From: an uncultured Pseudomonadota bacterium
GTDB taxonomy: Bacteria > Pseudomonadota > Alphaproteobacteria > JACZXZ01
DNA length: 64,000 nt
Assembly (NCBI GenBank): GCA_963749075.1
Contig: CAVVLJ010000017.1
Span: 1,088,001 to 1,152,000, forward strand
Direction: 5' to 3'
Below, in pieces: positions 12,655-22,454 of this stretch; the stretch's first letter is position 1, and every line of letters begins with the position of its first letter. The translations under genes were made by a program, and so were the position numbers. A model generated the notes under the pieces. It did no database searches, was not told the origin of the DNA, and worked only from the letters and a program-made list of their open reading frames with translations.

Positions 12655-12796
12655 GTCCCTCACCCTCCCATGGCCTGGCGGCCATGGGCGCCTCCCTCTC
12701 CCGCTCGCGGGAGAGGGGGTTAGGCGCGTCCTCCCCCTCTCCCGCTCGCGGGAGAGGGAAGGGGCCCATCCCGAAGGGATGGGAAGGGTGAGGGAC
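12655..12796. repeat. REP/RIME-like palindromic doublet, family A
   Basis: CCCTCACCC...CCCTCTCCCGCTCGCGGGAGAGGG and an inverted copy ending GGGTGAGGGAC. Confidence 0.85.
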
Positions 12797-12810
12797 CGCT
12801 CCCCCGCCCC

Positions 12811-14121
12811 TCACCAGGGCAAGATCGCCGGCGCGTAGCTCTCGATGCGGTCTTTCACCACCATGACCGGCTCGATGCCGTAGAGCCGGCGCGCGTTCTC
12901 GCCGAGGAGCTTCTTCTGCACGGCACCGGGCACGTCGAACTCGTTCATGTGGTGGAGCCCGTCCCAGGCGTCCTCGGCGTCGTGGTGGGGATAGTCGGAG
13001 GACCAGATGGCCACGTCTTCGAAGAGGTCCCAGAGGCGGTAGACGAGGGTCTCGTCCGACTCGAAGCCGATGAAGCAGCGCTCGCGGAAGATCTCGACCG
13101 GGTCGCGGAGCGGCCGATTGTCGCGCTGGAAGGCGAAGAGGTTGGAGAAGTTGCTCGAGCGCGAGAGCACGAGCGGCAGCCAGGAGGCGTTCGACTCGAG
13201 CACCGCCGCCTTGAGCTTGGGGAACTTCTCGAGCCAGCCGGTCATCACCACCGTGGTCACCCAGGTCATCGCCTCCATGATGAAGCCGAGCGTCTCCGAG
13301 GCGTCGATGCCCGGGTCCATGGCGGAGGTGATGTTGGAGACGAACTGGCCCGGCGAATAGACCACCGCCTCGTCGGTGAAGAGGAGGCCCTGGCCCGAGG
13401 CGCCGCGCGCGTCCGCCATGCGCCGCGCCCAGTCGGGCGTCAGCGCCTCGCGCGAGGGGAAGGTGTGCATGGCAAGCACCAGCCCGAGCGCCTCGAACTC
13501 GCGCCAGAGGGGGTCGAACTCGGCGAGCGTGGGATAGCGGCCGTTCCACAGGCAGGGGCGCACGGCGGCCGCCTTGAAGCCGAGCTTGGCGGTGCGGCGC
13601 AGCTCCTCGATCGCGGCCTCGACGCTCTGGAGCGCCAACACGGCGCAGGGAAAGAGCCGCTTGCGGTCGGCAGCACAGTAGTCGTGCGCCCAGTCGTTGT
13701 AGGCGCGCGCGAGGATGGCCGCGGGCTTGGGATCGCGCACGAGAGCCAGGCGCACGAACCAGGTGGGGAAGAGCATCACCTGGTCGGTGCCGAGCGCGTC
13801 CATGTCCTTGAGGCGGGCGTGCGGGTCGCGGCAGCCGAGGAGCCGGCCGAACTTCCGCTGCCACTCGGCAGTGCCGGGCTTGAGCTTCCCCACTTCCCTC
13901 TTGTCCCAGCGCGCCCAGCCGACCTCGGCGGCGTTCGAGCGCTCGCGCGCCGCCGGCACCACGCGGCCGTTGATCATGAGCAGATCGCCGTCCGTGTGGA
14001 AGCAGAACTGCGTCTTGACCCACGACCGCACGGCGGCCGGGACATACTCCTCCCAGATGAGCGGCGGCTCGACCACGTGGCTGTCGCAGTCGAAGACCGG
14101 AAAGCTCTTCGCCGTCGCCAT
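12811..14121 (-). CDS. Amidohydrolase_2-family protein
   Basis: DCDSHVVEP, RLKDMDALG, ESNASW, WSSDYPHHD. Confidence 0.9.
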   Translation of the reverse strand: MATAKSFPVFDCDSHVVEPPLIWEEYVPAAVRSWVKTQFCFHTDGDLLMINGRVVPAARERSNAAEVGWARWDKREVGKLKPGTAEWQRKFGRLLGCRDPHARLKDMDALGTDQVMLFPTWFVRLALVRDPKPAAILARAYNDWAHDYCAADRKRLFPCAVLALQSVEAAIEELRRTAKLGFKAAAVRPCLWNGRYPTLAEFDPLWREFEALGLVLAMHTFPSREALTPDWARRMADARGASGQGLLFTDEAVVYSPGQFVSNITSAMDPGIDASETLGFIMEAMTWVTTVVMTGWLEKFPKLKAAVLESNASWLPLVLSRSSNFSNLFAFQRDNRPLRDPVEIFRERCFIGFESDETLVYRLWDLFEDVAIWSSDYPHHDAEDAWDGLHHMNEFDVPGAVQKKLLGENARRLYGIEPVMVVKDRIESYAPAILPW

Positions 14122-14241
14122 GGCGTCCTCCCTGGTCGAACTCTTCCAAGGATGGCCACCCTTGTGGGTCAACCCCGGCGCTGCGGCCGCGATATTGCGG
14201 AAGCGATCGTCCCGCTACCGTCCGGCGCAAATTCCGGCGAC

Positions 14242-14733
14242 TTAGCCGGCCTTTTTCGGGCGCGTCGGCATCGCCTGGCGCCGGAACTCCGCATCGGCCC
14301 TCTTCTTCTGCGCGTCCGAGAAAGACGCGTAAAGCGCCTCGAATGCGGTTGCGAGCTTGTTCACGCCAGCGGCATGGGCGTCGGCGATCGCCGCGTAGGT
14401 GTGCAAATCATCGACCGCGGTCATGGTCTTCGCATTGGCCGCCCGCTCCGCGATCAGCGCGCGGATCGTCTTGGCGTTATCGCGCATCGTGTCGGCGACC
14501 GCTTGCCAGAGTTGCTCCTGGTCGGCGGTGATCCTGAGGGTGTGGTGGAGCGATTTGATGCGCGTCTCGACGCGGTCGACCGGGGCGGCTTTTGCCGCCG
14601 GTGCCGGTGCTGCGGTCGCCGGTGCAGGCGAGGCCTGTGCCATCGCAGTCGAGGGAAGAATGAGCAGGGCCGCGCCGAGAATTGCCGCCGCGGCAAAGGC
14701 GCTGCCGATTCGAGGGGTCATGTGAAGCATCAT
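14242..14733 (-). CDS. Spy/CpxP (LTXXQ) family periplasmic protein
   Basis: Signal peptide, LRITADQEQLW, LYASFSDAQKKRAD. Confidence 0.85.
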   Translation of the reverse strand: MMLHMTPRIGSAFAAAAILGAALLILPSTAMAQASPAPATAAPAPAAKAAPVDRVETRIKSLHHTLRITADQEQLWQAVADTMRDNAKTIRALIAERAANAKTMTAVDDLHTYAAIADAHAAGVNKLATAFEALYASFSDAQKKRADAEFRRQAMPTRPKKAG

Positions 14734-14781
14734 GTGAATCCCGCTACGTGAGTTTCCGTTGGGTGCTCTTGTCTCGGCTCG

Positions 14782-15099
14782 TCAGCGACGCGCCCCGCCG
14801 CCGTGTCCGCCGCTGCCATGTCCGCCGCCGCCGTGGCCGCGCCCGCCGCCGCCGTAGTTTCCGCCGAAGCCGATCCCGGGGAAGAAGCCGTCGATGACGA
14901 TGGGCGGCTGATAGACGGGCGGCGCTACCACATAGGGCGGCGGCACATAGGTCGGCGGCGCGCCTGGGTAGCATTGCCCGTCGCTAGCCAGGTAATAGCC
15001 CTGCGGGCAAACCGGGGGCGTCTGCGCATCGGCCGGTGCTGCGCCGGCCCATGTTCCGAGGGCGACAGCGATGACGCTTGGCAGGAAAACTCTCCACAT
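14782..15099 (-). CDS. Small exported Pro/Gly-rich protein
   Basis: Signal peptide, CPQGYYLASDGQCY, PPYV repeats, GGH tail. Confidence 0.65.
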   Translation of the reverse strand: MWRVFLPSVIAVALGTWAGAAPADAQTPPVCPQGYYLASDGQCYPGAPPTYVPPPYVVAPPVYQPPIVIDGFFPGIGFGGNYGGGGRGHGGGGHGSGGHGGGARR

Positions 15100-15275
15100 C
15101 GGACGGGCTCCGACAGCAAGAATTCGCAGCGCACTCTACTCGCACTTTGCGGGCGCGACAATGGTGTTAACCGAAGTTCCCAAGTGGCCCAATGCATCAT
15201 CAAGCGGTCACGGCGGGTCGTGCCGAGAACCTCGACGCATGCCGGCCAGCGGCCAGCGCGGCAGCGAGATCGGGA

Positions 15276-15495
15276 CGCGCCGCCAGCACCATGCGGCCGT
15301 TGATCATGAGCAGCTCGCCGTCCGTGTGGCAGCAGAACTGCGTCTTGACCCACGACCGCACCGCGGCCGAGACATACTCCTCCCAGATGAGGGGCGGCTC
15401 GACCACGTGGCTGTCGCAGTCGAACACGGGAAAATTCTTTGTCGTTGCCATGGCGTCCTCCCAAGCCGAACCCTTCCAGGGAAGGCCGTCCTTGT
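15276..15495 (-). pseudogene. Truncated duplicate of the amidohydrolase 5' end (direct repeat of 13946-14165)
   Basis: Offset 1330 bp; 14 mismatches in 180 nt (13951-14130 vs 15281-15460); encodes MATTKNFPVFDCDSHVVEPP... Confidence 0.92.
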
Positions 15496-15587
15496 CAACG
15501 AGACCCCGCTGATCTCGATCAATGCGCGCCCGCCTCCGCCCGGCGCAGCATGATCGACGCCTCCATACGAGAGAGGAGATGCCGCAC

Positions 15588-15953
15588 ATGATCGAGCTCA
15601 TCGAAGGTTTTCCGAGCAACGTCGTCGCGGCGGTCGCCACCGGCCACGTCTCGCGGCAGGATTACGACACGGTGCTGATCTCGCGCGTCAAGGCGGCCGC
15701 GAAGGAGCACGCGAAAATCCGCTGCTATTACGAGCTCGGCGCCGATTTCGCGGGCATGGCGCCGGGCGCCGCCTGGGAGGATTTCGTGCTTGGAATGGAG
15801 TTTCTGACGCGCTGGGAGCGCGTCGCCACGGTGACCGATGTCCCCTGGATCGCCTTTGCGGTCAATGCCCTCCGCTTCCTCATGCCGGCAGAGATGCGGG
15901 TGTTTCCGCTGAGCGGGAAGGAGGCGGCGCGCGCCTGGATCGCAGCGGCGTGA
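15588..15953 (+). CDS. STAS/SEC14 (SpoIIAA-like) protein
   Basis: MIELIEGFPSNVV...GAAWEDF...WERVATVTDVPWI...ARAWI; GAGGAG RBS. Confidence 0.85.
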   Translation: MIELIEGFPSNVVAAVATGHVSRQDYDTVLISRVKAAAKEHAKIRCYYELGADFAGMAPGAAWEDFVLGMEFLTRWERVATVTDVPWIAFAVNALRFLMPAEMRVFPLSGKEAARAWIAAA

Positions 15954-16036
15954 GCGAGTAGGGACGCGGCCGCCCGCCGTTGCAGTTGACCCGAGAGCCG
16001 GCTCTGCCTAGAACCTCGACACATGAGGACTAGGCC

Positions 16037-17626
16037 ATGACGAGCGAACGCGAGCTGGCGGAGAAGGCGCGCGCCTGGCCGTTCGAGGAGGCGCGCCGGC
16101 TTCTCGCGCGGGCGGGCGGCGCCGTGCCGGCCAAGGGCTATCTCCTCTTCGAGACGGGCTACGGCCCCTCGGGCCTGCCGCACATCGGCACCTTCGGCGA
16201 GGTCGCGCGCACCACCATGGTGCGCCACGCCTTCCGCCGCCTCTCGGACCTGCCCACGCGGCTCTTCGCCTTCTCCGACGACATGGACGGCCTGCGCAAG
16301 GTGCCCGACAACGTGCCCAACCGCGAGATGCTGGCGCAGCATCTCGGCAAGCCCTTGACCGCGATCCCCGATCCCTTCGGCACCCACGAGAGCTTCGGCG
16401 CGCACAATAACGCGCGCCTCAGGAGCTTCCTCGACGCCTTCGGTTTCGAGTACGAGTTCAAGAGTGCCACCGAGTGCTACCGGGCCGGCCTCTTCGACGA
16501 GAAGCTCAAGGCCGTGCTGCGCCACTACGACGAGGTGATGGCCGTGGTGCTGCCCACTCTGGGACCCGAGCGGCGCGCCACCTACAGCCCCTTCCTCCCC
16601 GTCTCGCCGAAGACCGGCATCGTGCTGCAGGTGCCGATGGTCGAGCGCAAGCCCGAGGCCGGCACCGTCGTCTACCGCGATCCGGAGGGCGGCTCGCTCG
16701 TCGAGGTGCCGGTCACGGGCGGACGCTGCAAGCTGCAATGGAAGGTCGATTGGGCGATGCGCTGGGCGGCACTCGGCGTCGATTACGAGATGTCGGGCAA
16801 GGACCTCATCGATTCCGTCAAGCTCTCGAGCGCCATCGTGCGCGTGCTGGGTGCCGCCCCGCCCGAGAGCTTCACCTACGAGCTCTTCCTCGACGAGCAG
16901 GGCGAGAAGATCTCGAAGTCGCGCGGCAATGGGCTCGCGATCGAGGAGTGGCTCGCCTATGCGCCGCCCGAGAGCCTCTCGCTCTACATGTACCAGAGGC
17001 CGCGCGCGGCGAAGCGGCTCTATTTCGATGTCATCCCCAAAAGCGTCGACGAGTATCTGGCCCTCCTCGACGCCTATCCCGGGCAGTCCGCGGCCGAGCG
17101 CCTCGAGAACCCGGTGTGGCACGTCCACGACGGCAAGCCGCCGGCAGGCGAGCTGCCGATCGGCTTCGCCCTCCTCTTAACCCTCGCGGGCGTCTGCCAT
17201 GCCGAGGACAAGACGGTGATGTGGGGCTTCATCTCGCGCTATGCGCCGGGTGCAGCACCCGAGAACCATCCCCTCCTCGACCGCCTCGTCGGCTACGCGC
17301 TCGCCTATTACCGCGACTTCGTGAAGCCCAAGAAGCGCTACCGCGCGCCCGACGAGAAGGAGCGCGCGGCGCTGGAGGAGCTCCTTAACCTGCTCGAGCG
17401 GCTGCCCGCTGCGAGCGCGGGTGCCGACATCCAGACCGAGATCTACGAGATCGGCAAGCGCCACGGCTTCGCCAACTTACGCAACTGGTTCAAGGCGCTC
17501 TACGAGGTGCTGCTCGGCCAGAGCGAGGGGCCGCGCATGGGGCCGTTCATCGCGCTCTATGGCGTGCCGGAGACCATCTCGCTCTTAAGAAAGGCGCTCG
17601 CCGGCGAGGATTTGAGCGCGGCGTAA
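16037..17626 (+). CDS. lysS: Lysine--tRNA ligase, class I
   Basis: [26 protein letters not shown]. Confidence 0.97.
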   Translation: MTSERELAEKARAWPFEEARRLLARAGGAVPAKGYLLFETGYGPSGLPHIGTFGEVARTTMVRHAFRRLSDLPTRLFAFSDDMDGLRKVPDNVPNREMLAQHLGKPLTAIPDPFGTHESFGAHNNARLRSFLDAFGFEYEFKSATECYRAGLFDEKLKAVLRHYDEVMAVVLPTLGPERRATYSPFLPVSPKTGIVLQVPMVERKPEAGTVVYRDPEGGSLVEVPVTGGRCKLQWKVDWAMRWAALGVDYEMSGKDLIDSVKLSSAIVRVLGAAPPESFTYELFLDEQGEKISKSRGNGLAIEEWLAYAPPESLSLYMYQRPRAAKRLYFDVIPKSVDEYLALLDAYPGQSAAERLENPVWHVHDGKPPAGELPIGFALLLTLAGVCHAEDKTVMWGFISRYAPGAAPENHPLLDRLVGYALAYYRDFVKPKKRYRAPDEKERAALEELLNLLERLPAASAGADIQTEIYEIGKRHGFANLRNWFKALYEVLLGQSEGPRMGPFIALYGVPETISLLRKALAGEDLSAA

Positions 17627-17646
17627 AGGCCGTGTCCATCGCGCCC

Positions 17647-17782
17647 TCCCTCACCCTTCCCATCCCTTCGGGATGGGCCCCTTCCCTCTCCCGCAAGCGG
17701 TAGAGGGAGATTACGCGTATTTGCCCTCTCCCGCGTGCGGGAGAGGGAGGGACCCATTGCGAAGCAATGGGAGGGTGAGGGA
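17647..17782. repeat. REP/RIME-like palindromic doublet, family A
   Basis: TCCCTCACCCTTCCCATCCCTTCGGGATGGG...GGGAGGGTGAGGGA; same architecture as 12655-12796. Confidence 0.85.
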
Positions 17783-17809
17783 CCCCGCGAATATTATGAG
17801 GTCTCACTC

Positions 17810-18361
17810 ATGCCAGCGCTGCCCACCCTCCTCACCGTCGGGCATTCGAACCGCCCGCTCGAGACGCTCATCGCCATGCTTGCGGCGCACGGCGTGAATC
17901 GGCTCGTCGATATCCGCACCATCCCGCGCTCGCGCCACAATCCCCAGTTCAACCGCGAGACGCTGCCGGATGCCTTGGCCGCCGCCGGCATCGTCTACGC
18001 GCACCGCAAGGGTCTCGGCGGCCTGCGCCGGCCGCGCGCGGACTCGAGGAACACCGGCTGGCGCAACAAGGGCTTCCGCGGCTTCGCGGACTACATGGAG
18101 ACGGATGAGTTCTCGAGCGAGCTCGCGGCCGTGGCCGCCGAGGCGAAGGAAGCAACGCTTGCCGTCATGTGCGCCGAAGCCGTGCCGTGGCGCTGCCACC
18201 GCTCGCTCATCTCGGACGCGCTCCTCGTGCGCGGCCACGCCGTCGAGCACATCATGAGCGCCGAGCGCCGCGATCCCCACCGCCTCACCCCCTTCGCTCG
18301 CGTCGAGGGCACGCGCATCCTTTATCCGCCGGAGGAGGCGACATTGCCGGGTATCGGGTGA
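17810..18361 (+). CDS. DUF488 domain protein
   Basis: TVGHSNR, LVDIRTIPRSR, MCAEAVPWRCHR. Confidence 0.92.
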   Translation: MPALPTLLTVGHSNRPLETLIAMLAAHGVNRLVDIRTIPRSRHNPQFNRETLPDALAAAGIVYAHRKGLGGLRRPRADSRNTGWRNKGFRGFADYMETDEFSSELAAVAAEAKEATLAVMCAEAVPWRCHRSLISDALLVRGHAVEHIMSAERRDPHRLTPFARVEGTRILYPPEEATLPGIG

Positions 18362-18404
18362 GCATGGCCGGCAAAGCGTGGCGTGATATGATGCAAGGGT
18401 GTCG

Positions 18405-18560
18405 CGGACTGGCCGCGGTGCGTCCTTCGAGACGTTCGCTGCGCTCGCTCCTCAGGACGAAGGGCAACCCTTCTGCCACACACGAAATGACCTCGTCCTG
18501 AGGAGCAACCCGAAGGGTTGCGTCTCGAAGGACCTACGACGGAACTGCAGGAACTCCTTG
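18405..18560. repeat. REP-like doublet, family B
   Basis: CGTCCTTCGAGACG..CTCCTCAGGACGA / TCGTCCTGAGGAG..CGTCTCGAAGGAC. Confidence 0.88.
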
Positions 18561-18567
18561 ACAGGCA

Positions 18568-18942
18568 ATGGCCAAAATGAGGACCGCCAGGATTCGCACC
18601 CGCAAGGATAGCCCGGCTGCCTTGAGCGAGCTCGGCGAGGCATTCGTTCGGACCTGGAAATCGGGAAGAGCCGGGGCTCACGTCTTCGAGTTCGAGTCGC
18701 CCAAATCGCTCTTCCGAGCGCTCACTCCCAAGCGCTGGGAGCTCGTGGAACGGCTTCAGGCCTCCGGCCCGAGCAGCCTGCGCGGTCTCTCGCGCGCGCT
18801 CGGCCGCGACGTGAAGCGCGTGCACGACGATGCGGCGCTGCTGCTGGACTATGGGCTCATCGAGCGCAATGCCGCGGGCAGGCTCCTCGTGCCCTACGAC
18901 GTCATCCACATCGATTTCGACTTGCGCGCGACGGCCGCCTGA
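18568..18942 (+). CDS. Predicted HTH DNA-binding protein (HVO_A0114/COG4190-like, antitoxin-like)
   Basis: FESPKSLFRALTPKRWELV...SLRGLSRALGRDVKRVHDD...VPYDVIHIDF. Confidence 0.8.
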   Translation: MAKMRTARIRTRKDSPAALSELGEAFVRTWKSGRAGAHVFEFESPKSLFRALTPKRWELVERLQASGPSSLRGLSRALGRDVKRVHDDAALLLDYGLIERNAAGRLLVPYDVIHIDFDLRATAA

Positions 18943-18978
18943 GTTTTCGCCGCCGGCTTCCGAGCGCCGGCGAAAGCC

Positions 18979-19845
18979 TCACAGCCGTGCGCCGTCCGCG
19001 TATTTCCAATAGAGCTCGCGCGCCTTGCGGTAGACCGGGCCGGGCTGAAAGTTGCGGCCGTCGACCTTCGAGCAGGCGAGCACCTTGGCGTAATTGCCGG
19101 TCGAGAACACCTCGTCGGCCGCCAGCACGTCGGCGTAGGTGACGCGCACCTCGCGCACCTCGGTGCCGGCGTCGCTGAGGAGCTGGGTCACGCGCTGGCG
19201 GGTGACGCCGGCCAAGAAGCAGCCGTTGAGCACGGGCGTCGCGGCGACGCCGTCCTTGACGGTGAAGAGGTTGGCGGAGGCGAACTCGGCGACGTTGCCC
19301 GAGGAATCGAGCATGACGGCGTTCTCGAAGCCGCGCTCGCGCGCATCCTTGAGCGCCCGCGAGACGTTGGGGTAGAGGCAGGAGGCCTTGGCCTCGGTCG
19401 GTGCCGTCTCGGGCGTGGGACGGCGGAAGGGCGAGAGGCAGGCGCTGAAGGGCACGTCCTTGGGCATGGGCGAATCATAGACGGTGAGCACGAAGCGCGT
19501 GGTCTCGGGATCGGGCTCGACGCCGCCGCCCTCGGCGAAGAACATGGGGCGGACGTAGAGCTCGGCGTCCGGCGGGAACTTGGCCACGGCCTCGCGCGCC
19601 AGGCGCTCGATCTCCGCCGCCGACACCTTGGGCTTGAGGCCCATGAAGAGCGCCGAGCGCACGGCGCGCTGGCAGTGGAGGCCGAGGTCCGGCACGCGGC
19701 GCTGGAAGGCGCGCGCGCCGTCGAACACGACGGCGCTCAGCCAGGCGGCCTGGGTGAGCGGCCCCATGATCATTGGATTGCCCTCGAGCCACTGGCCGTC
19801 GATGTAGCTCCAGGCCCGCTTGCCGGCTTCTCCAGCGGTAGACAT
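18979..19845 (-). CDS. Branched-chain amino acid aminotransferase (class IV)
   Basis: VFDGARAF, AKASCLYPN, EFASANLF, FLAGVTR. Confidence 0.92.
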   Translation of the reverse strand: MSTAGEAGKRAWSYIDGQWLEGNPMIMGPLTQAAWLSAVVFDGARAFQRRVPDLGLHCQRAVRSALFMGLKPKVSAAEIERLAREAVAKFPPDAELYVRPMFFAEGGGVEPDPETTRFVLTVYDSPMPKDVPFSACLSPFRRPTPETAPTEAKASCLYPNVSRALKDARERGFENAVMLDSSGNVAEFASANLFTVKDGVAATPVLNGCFLAGVTRQRVTQLLSDAGTEVREVRVTYADVLAADEVFSTGNYAKVLACSKVDGRNFQPGPVYRKARELYWKYADGARL

Positions 19846-19959
19846 GACTTTTCTGCTCCTCCGCGGCGTTTGCGCTGCCAGCATAGCGGCTGAGCGGCAC
19901 TTGTCCACCCGGCGGGTCTGCGCAGCAGGGTTGTGCGGGCCGCAACGGGCGGGCGGCCG

Positions 19960-21249
19960 TCAGGGCGCCGCCGGATCCCGGATGACGCCGTGGCGCAGCA
20001 AGGGCCGGCCGCCCGGCGCAAGCGGCACCGCGCGGGTGAAAATGGCGGCCTTGAGCTCGGCCGCGTGCCAGCCCGGATGGGCGAGGAGGAGGCGCGCCGC
20101 CAGTGCCGCCACGCGCGGTGCGGCATAGCTCGAGCCCGAGACGCGCTCGCTCTCGCCGGCGAAGCCGATGACCGGAATGTCCTCGCCGGGGACCGCGAGA
20201 TCGACCGTGCGCCACCCCCAGTTGGCATCCGCGGCGAGCCGGCCGGTGGCAGCATCGAGCGAGGTGACGGAGATCTTGTTGGCGAGATCGAGGGCGGCCG
20301 GAAAGACCGGCTTCTGATCGAGATCGCGGCCGTCGTTGCCGGCCGAGACGACGATGAGCATGTCCGGGTGGCGCATTGCCGCCGCGGCGAAGCTCTGCCA
20401 CTCGTCGCGGAAGTCGCTGCCGAGCGACATGGTGAGGATGCGCGCACCCTTGGCCGCCGCGTCGTCGACGAGGGAGGCTAAGCGGCTCATGTCCGGCCGC
20501 GGGTAGCGGTAGGGAATGAGGCGCACCGCGGGGGCCTCGCGAAGCAGCACGCTCGCGGTCTTGGTGCCGTGGCGCTCGGGAAAGAAGGGCGAGACCACGG
20601 GGTTGCGGTCGAAGGGCCGCCGGTCCATCGCCCAATAATCGTAGCCGAGTGCCGCACCCGAGACGTCGCGCGCGAGATGGCGGGCGATCTCGGGGAGGAG
20701 GTAATTGACCCCGGTATCGACCTGGGCCACGGTGACGCCGCCCGCATCGCGGCCCGGCGGCACGTCGGCCAAGAGGAGCTCGCGCCCGCCGGTGGGCGCC
20801 AGATCGCCGTCGAGGAGCTCGATCGATTGGGCCCGGCCGGCGGCGTCGTAGACGAGGCGCCGCCCGGCCTCGAGCGCGCAGTTGGGGCCGGCGGTCGCGG
20901 CGAGAAGCGGACGCGTCCGCCCGCGCCCCCGCGGCTCGTCATATTCGGCAATGAGGCTCGACACCACGCCGTCGCGCATGAAGCGCTCGAGCAGCAGCTG
21001 GCCGCCGCCCCTGAGCGCGAATGTCCACTTCGTGCCGATCGGCGGGCCGCGCTGCGGAATGGCCTCGCGCTTGCCCGCGGCGGCCCCGGGGAGGTCCGCC
21101 GCCATGGCCTGAGGGGAGCGCGGCCGGCCGTCGCAGCCGAGCCGCAGCGTCAGGCGCAACGTCGCCGCGATATCGGCGGGAGCCGCGGCCTCGGCCGCAC
21201 CGGCCACGACCGCCAATGCCAATGCCGCGGGCAAGAGCTTCTGCAACAT
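19960..21249 (-). CDS. Exported S8 (subtilase) serine peptidase
   Basis: Signal peptide; VDTG, HGT, SAGN, GSSYAAP catalytic motifs. Confidence 0.9.
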   Translation of the reverse strand: MLQKLLPAALALAVVAGAAEAAAPADIAATLRLTLRLGCDGRPRSPQAMAADLPGAAAGKREAIPQRGPPIGTKWTFALRGGGQLLLERFMRDGVVSSLIAEYDEPRGRGRTRPLLAATAGPNCALEAGRRLVYDAAGRAQSIELLDGDLAPTGGRELLLADVPPGRDAGGVTVAQVDTGVNYLLPEIARHLARDVSGAALGYDYWAMDRRPFDRNPVVSPFFPERHGTKTASVLLREAPAVRLIPYRYPRPDMSRLASLVDDAAAKGARILTMSLGSDFRDEWQSFAAAAMRHPDMLIVVSAGNDGRDLDQKPVFPAALDLANKISVTSLDAATGRLAADANWGWRTVDLAVPGEDIPVIGFAGESERVSGSSYAAPRVAALAARLLLAHPGWHAAELKAAIFTRAVPLAPGGRPLLRHGVIRDPAAP

Positions 21250-21328
21250 CGGGCGAGCTTGGCGATTGCGGGTGCCGCCGTAAAGAGCCGCGCTGGCGAG
21301 GGGGCGGCGATTGGGCTAGCTTCGCGCC

Positions 21329-22393
21329 ATGTCTTGGCCGGATGTCGCCCGCCTGGCTGCCGCCGCCCTGCGCCTGCTGCCGCCGGAGCACGCGCATGCG
21401 GCGACGATCCGGCTGCTCCGCTCCGGGCTCGCTTCGCGGCGGCGCGGCCGGGACGACGCCATCCTCGCGACGCGCGTCTTCGGCCTCGACTTCCCGAGCC
21501 CCATCGGGCTCGCCGCCGGCTTCGACAAGAGCGCCGAGGTGACGGCGGCACTGCTCGGCCTCGGCTTCGGCTTCGTCGAGGTCGGCACGGTGACGCCGCT
21601 GGCGCAGCCCGGCAACCCCCGGCCGCGCCTCTTCCGCCTCGCCGAGGACCGCGCCCTCATCAACCGGCTCGGCTTCAACAACGAGGGGCTCGAGGCCGTC
21701 GAGCGCCGCCTCGCCGCGCGCGAGCCGGGCCGCGGCATCGTCGGCGCCAATCTCGGCAAGAACAAGACGAGTGCCGACGCCGCGGCGGACTACCGCCGCT
21801 TGAGCGTGGCGCTCGCACCTTACGCGGATTACCTCGCCGTCAACGTCTCCTCGCCCAATACGCCGGGCCTGCGCGCGCTCCAGGGACGGGAGCCGCTCGA
21901 CGCCCTCCTCCGCGCGATTGCCGAGGGCCTCGAAGAGGCAGGGAGGAAGCGGCCGCCGCTCCTCCTCAAGATCGCACCGGATCTCTCGCCCGAGGACTGC
22001 CGCGACATCGCGGAAGTGGCGCTCGCGCGCGGGCTCGACGGGCTCATCATCGGCAATACCACGATTCTCCGCCCGCCCGGGCTCAAGGGCCGCTACCGCA
22101 ACGAGGCCGGCGGGCTCTCGGGAGCACCGCTCATGGCCGTCTCGACCGCACTCCTCGCCGAGATGCACCGCCTGACCGCGGGCCGCATTCCGCTCGTCGG
22201 TGCGGGCGGGGTGGCGAGCGGGGCTGACGCCTATGCCAAGATCCGCGCCGGCGCCTCGCTCATCGAACTCTATACGGCGCTCGTCTACGAGGGGCCGGGC
22301 CTCATAGCCCGCATCAAGGCCGAACTCGCAACACTCCTCCGTCGCGACGGCTTCAAGTCCGTGGCGGAGGCGGTCGGCGCGGGCAATCGCTGA
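21329..22393 (+). CDS. pyrD: Quinone-dependent dihydroorotate dehydrogenase
   Basis: GLAAGFDK, INRLGFNN, NVSSPNTPGLR, GGLSG. Confidence 0.97.
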   Translation: MSWPDVARLAAAALRLLPPEHAHAATIRLLRSGLASRRRGRDDAILATRVFGLDFPSPIGLAAGFDKSAEVTAALLGLGFGFVEVGTVTPLAQPGNPRPRLFRLAEDRALINRLGFNNEGLEAVERRLAAREPGRGIVGANLGKNKTSADAAADYRRLSVALAPYADYLAVNVSSPNTPGLRALQGREPLDALLRAIAEGLEEAGRKRPPLLLKIAPDLSPEDCRDIAEVALARGLDGLIIGNTTILRPPGLKGRYRNEAGGLSGAPLMAVSTALLAEMHRLTAGRIPLVGAGGVASGADAYAKIRAGASLIELYTALVYEGPGLIARIKAELATLLRRDGFKSVAEAVGAGNR

Positions 22394-22454
22394 GCCCGCC
22401 CAGGCGCGCTTCCCCCTTCCCATGAGACGCCGTCCGTGGCAAAAGGCGCCCGCC

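Noticed and set aside
9872-14230. 1452-aa ORF as a giant fused helicase
   Set aside because: The extension upstream of 12628 is an off-frame read through the amidohydrolase gene and the repeat
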